A stretch of DNA of 64,000 nt from Candidatus Eiseniibacteriota bacterium (GTDB lineage: Bacteria; Eisenbacteria; RBG-16-71-46; SZUA-252). A program made the translations under genes and the position numbers. Positions 36,866 through 44,138 of this stretch are shown in pieces; the stretch's first letter is position 1, and the number at the start of each line of letters is the position of its first letter. The stretch lies in assembly GCA_963724515.1 (NCBI GenBank), contig CAVRUU010000009.1, positions 63,219-127,218 on the forward strand, read 5' to 3'. Under the pieces are notes generated by a model, which was not told where the DNA came from, made no database searches, and saw only the letters and a program-made list of their open reading frames with translations.

Positions 36866-38921
36866 CTAGTCCTGCCCCGCCAACCACGCGTCGAACTGCC
36901 TGAAGTCGTAGTCGCGTCCGAGAAAATCGTGAACCATGTCCCGCGCGGGACGAGTGCCTCCGGGTGCCAGCACCACGTCGCGATATCGCGTCGCGACGGT
37001 GGGGCTCAGTAGATCGGCCTTGTCGAACGCGCTGAACATGTCCTTCGAGATCACGAGCGACCACATGTAGGTGTAGTAGACCGCCGAGTAGCCGTCCAGG
37101 TGGCCGAACGAAGTCTGCATGTGCGAATCGGGCATCGGCGGCACCGGCGTGTACCTGGGCTCGAGGTCCGCGACGATCGCGTCGGTCACGACCTGGCTCG
37201 GCGGCCGGTTGTAGATATTCAGGGACACCGCCGAGTAGAACGCCTGGGTCGCCGTCGAGAGCGCGCGGCCGAACGCGTCCGCGCGGCGCATCTTCTTCAC
37301 CAGCTCCACTGGAATCGGCTCGCCGGTCTTGTAGTGCTTCGCGAAGGTCTGCAAGACTTCGGGATCCCACACCCACTCCTCGAGCATCTGGGAGGGGGCC
37401 TCGACGAAGTCGCGCTCGGTGGCCGTCCCCGCCACGGGCTCCCAGCGGCCCTGGCCGCCGAAGATCGCGTGGAGCAGATGGCCGAACTCGTGGAAGAACG
37501 TCTGGACGTCGGAGTGCTCCATGAGCCCCGGCTCGCCTGGCTTTCCGCCGGGGAAATTGCAGACGAGCGCGTGCTCGGGAATCTGGGTCCCCTTCACGCC
37601 CTGTCGGATGGTGAACTTCGCCGCGTGGTTGAACTTCCCGGGCCGCGGGTGGAGATCGAAGAAGAAACGCCCGATGAGCTTCGGCCCCTCGTAGACCTCG
37701 TACGCCTCGACCGACGGGTCCCAGACCGGGGCGTTCGTCACGCGCTTGTACCGAACACCGAACATCTTCGAGGTCACGTCGAGAACGCCCTGTTTCACGT
37801 TGTCGAAGGCGAAATACGGCCGCGCCTCCTGCGGATCGTAGTCGAAGTCGCGCTTCCGGATCAGGCGTCCGTAGTAGGAGACCTCCCAGCGGCTCACCTG
37901 AGTCGCGGAAGGATCGTCCTCCTGCCTGCGCTTCAGGTAGACCGCGTACTCCTCCTGGGCGCGCTTCATCGTGGTGTCGTTCAGGCGGGTGATGAAATCG
38001 GCCGCGTTCTTCGCGGTGCCGATCATCTTGTCTTCGGTGATGTAGTCCGCCCAGGTGTCATAGCCCAGGGTCCTCGCGACGCGGTAGCGCTTGGCAAGCA
38101 GCGAGTCGAGCACCGCGATGTTCGCGGGATAGGCGCGGTTCAGCGCTTCGTGCATGAGGCGCCTTCTGAGCTCGCCGCTCTTGGCGTAGCGGACCACGGG
38201 GATGTAGTCCGGGGTCTCGATGCTCAGCGTGACCTTGCCGTCGGCGCCGGGAGCATGCCCCTTGATGTAGTCTTCCGGCAGGCCCTCCAGCTCGGCGCTC
38301 TCCACCTGGATCTTCCGCGAGTCGGTCCGGATGTTCCGATCCCAGTCCTGGCCGGTCTTCACCAGCTCTTCGTAAATCGCGGCGATCTCCTTCCGCGTCG
38401 CCTCGTCCTTGTCCACGCCGGCGCGCCTGAAATCGCGGAGCGTGCGCATCATGAAATACCGGGTGGCGGGGTCCGACTTCGAGACGTCCACGCTCACCAG
38501 CGCGTCGTAGATGGCCCGGTTCAGGCTGAGGTCATCGAGGAATTTGCTGGCGGTCTGAGAGATTGCCTCCGCGGAGGATCGGAAGGCGGAGTCCGGGTGG
38601 ACCGCCTCGAGCAGGTGAGCCTGATAGGCGGCGTTCTCCCCGTGGGTCATCGCCTCGTTATAGACCGCGATCGTATTGTCGATCGTGCGCGGTCCCTTGA
38701 CCGCGAGGATCCGGTCGATCGCGCCTTGAGCCCTCTTGAGCTCCGCCTCGGAGGAGGCGCGGAAGGCGGCTGCGTTCGGATGTCCCGTGAAGAAGGCCGG
38801 AGCCGCGCGGCGAGCCGGCGCTCCTTTGGCTCCCGACGGCCGGGGACGTGAGGAGCACGAGGGCCAGCGTTGCGAGAAGCGCTTGAAGGAATGCGGCGCG
38901 ATGCGATCGGGATGAAGACAC
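36866..38921 (-). pseudogene. second M3-family oligopeptidase (paralogue of 28692..30797), with a frameshift between signal peptide and mature domain
   Basis: ORF 36866..38650 carries HEFGH (FFHEFGHLLHAIFGG). Its frame stays open and homologous upstream (..APAFFTGHPNAAAFRASSEAELKRAQGAIDRILAVKGPRTIDNTIAVYNEAM) but has no start codon. The GGAGG-GTG start (38921) and signal peptide lie in the frame of ORF 38658..38990. The frame switch is near 38821-38840. Confidence 0.8.
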
Positions 38922-38996
38922 GATGCCTCCTCTGGAGTGCCGGGTTGGTGTGGAGAGGAGGATCATGCCAGGGCCGGGCGCCCGCGGCAAGAAGGG

Positions 38997-40652
38997 CTAG
39001 AAGTTGAGGCCGAGCTCGGCCGCGAGCTCCTTGCCGGGACCTCCGTCGCGCCATTCGTGCGCGAGGGCGGCCCACAGACCGCCCGGGGAGTGATAGTCGA
39101 GCCCCGCGCGGACCCAGCGGGACCGGTAGGATGGCGTGGGAGTCGCGTCCAAGTCCGTGTTCGTTCCGCCAATCCCACCCGCGAGATCGATCTGGCTCCA
39201 GGGGCCGAGCCGGACCAGGAGTGAGGCGTCCCCGTTCACGCCGCTGAAGTGTTCGGCGTTGAAGCCCGTCACATGGAGGCCGCCCGATAGCTCCTTCAAG
39301 CCGAGCCGGCTGCCCGTGAGGCCCGTGTCCCAGGAACTGAAGATCTCGCCATCCCGGTCCCGGCGTCTGAGGTCTCCGCCCACGCGGAGCGCACAAGCGC
39401 GGGGAAGGCTCGCGCGCAGCGAGGCGTGCACGCCGGAGAAGCGATCGAGCATGATGGTGGAGGGCGCGAGGAGGTGCTCGGGGAGGAGCACGGCCCGCCG
39501 GGAGTCCGCGCTCACGGCGAGTGAAAGGCCGCGGCGCACGGGGAAATTGCCGCCCAGAGACAGGGCAGTCCACCCGAAGGCCGGCTCCCCGTGATCCCGC
39601 TTCCAACGTGGATTGAGATCGATCTCTGCGCTCTGGTAGAAGCTCGCGCCGGCTCCGTGTGTGTAATCGGCGCGTTCCATCACGTACTGGCGCCGGGTGA
39701 GCGTCGTGTCGCGCGAGTACACCCCCGCGACCAGGGCATGCCACCGGCGCGGAGCGAATGAGGCACGCGTTCCCGCCTCGACGTAGGCCCCAATCTGAAG
39801 CCCGCCCTCGGCAAAGCCGGCCGTTGCGAGATTCGCGCCCCGTCCGCCGCTCAATCCCGCGCCGAGCGACGGGCGGGGGCGCCAGTGGATGGCGGCGCCG
39901 TCCGTGTACCCGATTCCCTCGAGCCGCCGGGGCAGGATGCGCCCCGCCTCGACGTCGAGCCTTCCGCCCTGCGTCCGGTACCCGGCCGAAACCTCGTAGA
40001 TTCGAAGCTTCGACTCGCGGATCTCGGTCCCGGGAAGATCGGACACCGCCCGAATCACCGGGCGCGTGGCGCGCACGCGGAGCGTGGTCTGCTCGAGGGC
40101 TCTGCCCGACCACCGGACATCTCCGAGGAGGGAAGGGTTCTCGTACGTGCCGCCCGGGTCCGAAGTTCTCGTATAGAGGCTCGTGATCTGGCCGTGAACA
40201 CGTCCGGAACCGGACCCGAGGCCCCACCCCATCTCCCCGGACGGCTTCGCCCCGGAAACCGAGAGCCCTGTCGCGGGCGCTCGAGAGCTATCCGGGTAGG
40301 CGGCGGGTGTGGCGGTGGTGTCCTTCGGCGTGGCCGGAGAAAACACGGCGGTATCGCCGGCGCGCACGTCCTGCACAGACGATTCGACGCTGCACCCGGC
40401 GGAGTGTTCCGCAACGAAGACCACGGTTAGCCGCGCGATCTCCTTGCCGTTTCGCGTCACGGTCAGGCCCGCCCCCTCGGTCAGGCCCGCCGCGCGCCCT
40501 TGGTCGAGGTATACGTTGGACGCCGAGACGTACTGCACGCGCGCTGTAGCCGCCGAGGCGTCGCGCGGCCCGAGCGCCGCGGCGGCACAGAGCAGGAGCG
40601 CGAACGCCCGCGCTCCGCGCCGGCCCGCCGATGCCCGCGCGCCGTTACGCAC
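38997..40652 (-). CDS. putative outer-membrane beta-barrel protein (porin-like partner of the multihaem cytochromes)
   Basis: C-terminal part of ORF 38997..41687. GTG at 40652 overlaps the upstream stop (GTGCGTAA). Signal peptide ..AFALLLCAAAALGPRDASA. Alternating-hydrophobic, Gly/Arg/Tyr-rich sequence ending ..ELAAELGLNF (terminal Phe). Confidence 0.6.
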   Translation of the reverse strand: MRNGARASAGRRGARAFALLLCAAAALGPRDASAATARVQYVSASNVYLDQGRAAGLTEGAGLTVTRNGKEIARLTVVFVAEHSAGCSVESSVQDVRAGDTAVFSPATPKDTTATPAAYPDSSRAPATGLSVSGAKPSGEMGWGLGSGSGRVHGQITSLYTRTSDPGGTYENPSLLGDVRWSGRALEQTTLRVRATRPVIRAVSDLPGTEIRESKLRIYEVSAGYRTQGGRLDVEAGRILPRRLEGIGYTDGAAIHWRPRPSLGAGLSGGRGANLATAGFAEGGLQIGAYVEAGTRASFAPRRWHALVAGVYSRDTTLTRRQYVMERADYTHGAGASFYQSAEIDLNPRWKRDHGEPAFGWTALSLGGNFPVRRGLSLAVSADSRRAVLLPEHLLAPSTIMLDRFSGVHASLRASLPRACALRVGGDLRRRDRDGEIFSSWDTGLTGSRLGLKELSGGLHVTGFNAEHFSGVNGDASLLVRLGPWSQIDLAGGIGGTNTDLDATPTPSYRSRWVRAGLDYHSPGGLWAALAHEWRDGGPGKELAAELGLNF

Positions 40653-41730
40653 GGCGGTGACAGCTGTAGCAGGCGGAGCTGGCATAGACGTACCCCGAGC
40701 GACCCGTGTGCTGCGCATCGGTGCTGGCCTGGTTGTGCTCGTGGCACGAGAGACAGGTGAAGTCGGCGTAGGTCGCGCTGTTGGAATGGCAATCGGCGCA
40801 CGTGGTCCACTTGCCCTGATGCCTGCCCGAGTAGATGCGGAAGTAGAGGTTGTCGTGATCGAGATTCGCGGGACGCCAGGCCGTCGTGTTGTGGCAGGTC
40901 GCGCACGTCGTGGGATAGCCGGCCGCCGTGTGGTTCGGGTTTGCCGTCGCTGCGTAGTCCGCCTGATGGCACGAGTAGCAGTCGCGCGGGGTCCCGGAGT
41001 AACCGCCGCCCACGTGGCACCGCTCGCAGGCCACCGCCGCGTGCGCCCCCGTGAGCGGGAACCCGGTGAGCGCGTGGTTGAATCCCGCGCCGCCCCATCG
41101 GATCCGTCCCGGATCGTGGCATGCCTCGCAGAGCGTGGAGAAGCCGGCGGAGGCGTGGTTCGGAGTCTGGGTCGCGGCGTAGATCGACGCATGGCACGGG
41201 TAGCAGGCGCGCGAGAGCGGCGTGCGGTTCTCCTCTCCCGCGCCGACGTGGCAGCGGGCGCACTCGACGAGCGCGTGCATGCCGCGGAGCGGAAACCCCG
41301 TGCGGGCGTGCTGCGACACCGCCTGCGAGCGGTTCGTCCACCCGCGCGGAACGTGACAATCCTGGCAGCGGGTTCCCACCCGCCCTTCGTGCACGTCGTG
41401 GTGGCAATCGTTGCAGCTCGTGGCGACTCTCGCGAACTCGAGCGATTTGTGACATCCCACGCAATCCGCGGACGCGTGCTTTCCGATGAGGTCGAAGCCG
41501 GTGCTCGCGTGGCGGAAGAGGAGCGGCCTCCGCAGCTTGCTCCAGGATTTCGCCGTGTGGCACGCCTCGCACTCCGTCTTGAGCGCGCCATGAGGGTTGG
41601 CCACGGTCGGAGCGGCGGGCCGTTCGCGGGCCGCCGTCCCCGCGGTTGCGCCCTGCGGAGCGGCGGCGAGCGCGGCGAGAATCGCAAGGCAGGTCATCGG
41701 GCGCGCGAGGAAAGCGACGGCTCTCTTCAT
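40645..41730 (-). CDS. multihaem cytochrome c, 13 CxxCH motifs
   Basis: 361 aa. Signal peptide. I count 13 CxxCH. Repeated H..TGFPL.G.H....C..CH modules (cytochrome c7/c3-like). ATGA overlap with the upstream gene. Confidence 0.9.
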   Translation of the reverse strand: MKRAVAFLARPMTCLAILAALAAAPQGATAGTAARERPAAPTVANPHGALKTECEACHTAKSWSKLRRPLLFRHASTGFDLIGKHASADCVGCHKSLEFARVATSCNDCHHDVHEGRVGTRCQDCHVPRGWTNRSQAVSQHARTGFPLRGMHALVECARCHVGAGEENRTPLSRACYPCHASIYAATQTPNHASAGFSTLCEACHDPGRIRWGGAGFNHALTGFPLTGAHAAVACERCHVGGGYSGTPRDCYSCHQADYAATANPNHTAAGYPTTCATCHNTTAWRPANLDHDNLYFRIYSGRHQGKWTTCADCHSNSATYADFTCLSCHEHNQASTDAQHTGRSGYVYASSACYSCHRRA

Positions 41731-43217
41731 GTCCGGCTCCGATCGGGCGCGGGGCGTGTGGCGTGGCAGGCGCGACAGGCCGTGTCAAGGGGACGGTATC
41801 GGACCGTGCGGCGGCCGCCGATCACCTGGAGCTTGTGGCAGGCCGCACAGACCGAGCGCGCGTGAGCGCCCTCGAGCGGGAATCGGGTCTTCTCGTGATT
41901 GAACGCCGCGCCGCGCCAGGCCCGCTCGCCGTGACAACGGTCGCAGCCGGTTCCGCCGCGCGCGGCGGCGAATTGTCCGGCGTGCTCGTCTTCGTGGCAA
42001 TCGGCGCACGCGACCGCCTTGAGCCGGAACTGGACGCTCCCGGGCGCCGCGTCCTTGGCGGTCGGACGATGGCACGAGACGCATGCCACCGCGAGGTGCG
42101 CCCCCCGCAGCTGGAACCTCGTCTTTTCGTGCTCCTGGAAGCCGAAGCGAGCGGGGGTGAAGCCATCGACGGAGTGGCACGCCTGGCACGCTCCGGCGCT
42201 CGCGCTCTTGGCGAGCTGCCCTCCGTGCCGGTCGCTGTGGCAATCGACGCATCGCGCGAAGGCGATCCGCTTCTTGAAGTTCCCTTCGACGTGGCAGCTC
42301 GCGCACGCGACGCGGCGATGAAGGCCGAGCAGGGGATAGTTCGTGCGGTCGTGGTTGAAGGCTCCGGGCGCGATCGCGCTCCAGCCCGCGGTCGTGTGGC
42401 AGCGTGTGCAGTCCGCCCCGTAGCGATTCCGGTGAGGGTCGGTGTGGCAGTCGACGCAGACGCCGTGGGGAAGCGGGTGATATCGGACGAACGCGCTCGC
42501 CGCGCCGGCCGGCGTGGCCGAGCCCTCCTCGGTGACGCTGTGATGGCAGCGCTCGCATCGAACCTGCGCATGGAGGCCGGTGAGCGGGTACCCCGTCTTG
42601 TCGTGATCGATCGAGACCGGCTTCCACGCGAGGGCGTTGTGGCATGAGGCGCAGTCCCCTTCGGCCACCCGGGCCGCGAATTGTCCGCGGTGGACGTCGG
42701 TATGGCAGTCGGCGCATCGGGTCGAGAGCCCGAGATAGGTGCTGTCGGATTTCAGAGTTGTGGCGGCGCGGACATCGGCCGCGCGGACGAGCGCGGGCGC
42801 GTGGCACGTGCGGCAGCGGACCGCGGCGTGCTTGCCTTCGAGCGGGTAGCCCGTGAGCGAATGGTCGAACGAATCGGGTCCGCCGGGCCAGGACACGAGG
42901 ACTGCCTCGCGGCCTCCGTGCTCGGCGTGGCAGGGAGCGCACAGCGTCGCGCGGCTCTTGTCCCGTCCGTGATAACCGCGCCCGGCCCGGATCCGGACGG
43001 CGAGCTCCTTGTGGCACGCGAGGCAGCGCACCGCCGTGGTGGATCGCTTGGGCTCATGGCAGTCGAGGCAGGCGGTCGTCTTGTCGATCGCGGCGTGGGA
43101 TTGCGAGAGCGGGCCGGGCGAGAACTGGGCGCGGGCGGTCGCGGGTGCGATCATGAGTGCCGCCGCGGCTGCGGTCCAGAGGATCGCGCGGTCATGTCTA
43201 GCCCTGCGGCAGCGCAT
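41727..43217 (-). CDS. multihaem cytochrome c, 17 CxxCH motifs
   Basis: 496 aa. Signal peptide ending ATARA-Q. I count 17 CxxCH. Repeated F.H..T.YPL.G.H..V.C..CH modules. Start overlaps the upstream gene by 20 nt. Confidence 0.9.
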   Translation of the reverse strand: MRCRRARHDRAILWTAAAAALMIAPATARAQFSPGPLSQSHAAIDKTTACLDCHEPKRSTTAVRCLACHKELAVRIRAGRGYHGRDKSRATLCAPCHAEHGGREAVLVSWPGGPDSFDHSLTGYPLEGKHAAVRCRTCHAPALVRAADVRAATTLKSDSTYLGLSTRCADCHTDVHRGQFAARVAEGDCASCHNALAWKPVSIDHDKTGYPLTGLHAQVRCERCHHSVTEEGSATPAGAASAFVRYHPLPHGVCVDCHTDPHRNRYGADCTRCHTTAGWSAIAPGAFNHDRTNYPLLGLHRRVACASCHVEGNFKKRIAFARCVDCHSDRHGGQLAKSASAGACQACHSVDGFTPARFGFQEHEKTRFQLRGAHLAVACVSCHRPTAKDAAPGSVQFRLKAVACADCHEDEHAGQFAAARGGTGCDRCHGERAWRGAAFNHEKTRFPLEGAHARSVCAACHKLQVIGGRRTVRYRPLDTACRACHATRPAPDRSRT

Positions 43218-44082
43218 AGCCGAGCCATATCGCGACCCCGATGTGGACGCCCATCATGAGGAACAGCACGATCGTGAACGGCTTGTGGATCGCGTGCCAG
43301 TAGTGGAACAGGGCCGATGTCTGGCGCAGGAACGCCCGGCGCCGCTCGAGGAGAAGCCGCCGTCTCGTGAGCGAGCGGACGCGCCGCGCCTCGGCGCGCC
43401 CCAGATGGCGGACGGCTCCCGGCTGGCGCGCGAGGCCCAGGGCCCCGACCATCCGGAGAAGGTCCTGACCCAAAAGGTAGAAGAGGCTCCCCAGGAGGCT
43501 CATGCCCTCCGCGCGGTCGGCCCCGGAGCGGCGCCGCAGGCTCTGGAGATCGGAGACCGCGAACCCGTGCCGCTCGGTCAGCTCACGGTCCAGCTCCTCG
43601 AGCTCGAGCGTCAGGGTCTCGGAATCCTGGTCCGCGACCGAGAGAGCGCCGCCGACCTGGCGCAGCAGGTAGTAGCCCACGAAGCCGCTCAGCATCACGC
43701 AGACCATCGCCCAGTACCCGATCGCGATCGCCCCCGTGATCTTGAAGCTGGAATGGAGCGTGATCATCGCGGGCCCGGCGATGCCGCAGAAGATGTGGGC
43801 GTTGAGCCATCGGTTCAGCAAACCGACGCGACGGAGCCACGGGACCCGCTTCCGAACCGAATAGAGGAGGAGCAGCAGGATGAACCCGGTCCCGACATAC
43901 CCATAGAGCAGCCCCAGCCCGCCGTTCGGCCGGAGCGCCGCGTGCGCGGGGGCGTGGAGCCGTTCCGCGAGGCCGAGGCGGTAGTATGGGAAACCGTAAT
44001 AGAAGAGACAGACCCAGGCCGTGAAGGAGACGAGGTAGAGCGCGACCCGCACCCGGGAGCGCGGCACTGATGCGCGTGGCAT
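43198..44082 (-). CDS. 5-TM membrane protein with two H-x13-H helices (putative dihaem b-type transmembrane electron carrier)
   Basis: ORF 43198..44178. ATG at 44082 is preceded by GAGG. Hydrophobic segments at about residues 44-64, 86-107, 121-142, 148-172 and 296-322 (ORF numbering). His128/His142 and His298/His312 each have 13 intervening residues. Confidence 0.55.
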   Translation of the reverse strand: MPRASVPRSRVRVALYLVSFTAWVCLFYYGFPYYRLGLAERLHAPAHAALRPNGGLGLLYGYVGTGFILLLLLYSVRKRVPWLRRVGLLNRWLNAHIFCGIAGPAMITLHSSFKITGAIAIGYWAMVCVMLSGFVGYYLLRQVGGALSVADQDSETLTLELEELDRELTERHGFAVSDLQSLRRRSGADRAEGMSLLGSLFYLLGQDLLRMVGALGLARQPGAVRHLGRAEARRVRSLTRRRLLLERRRAFLRQTSALFHYWHAIHKPFTIVLFLMMGVHIGVAIWLGYALPQG

Positions 44083-44138
44083 CGGACGCCTCGCGGGGGA
44101 GGGCGCTGAGGCGGGCAGGACCGCGCGCGCGACGCCGC

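Noticed and set aside
38941-38996. Rho-independent terminator after the barrel gene
   Set aside because: There is only an imperfect GC-rich inverted repeat (gccgggc/gcccgcggc) with no T-tract. This is not enough to call a terminator.
40653-41687. N-terminal 345 residues of the 896-aa ORF 38997..41687, and the 526-aa ORF 38647..40227
   Set aside because: These regions are alternate frames over the 13-haem cytochrome gene and the barrel gene, with Arg/Ser/Thr/Pro-rich translations. The barrel protein is better explained by the GTG at 40652, which is followed by a signal peptide.
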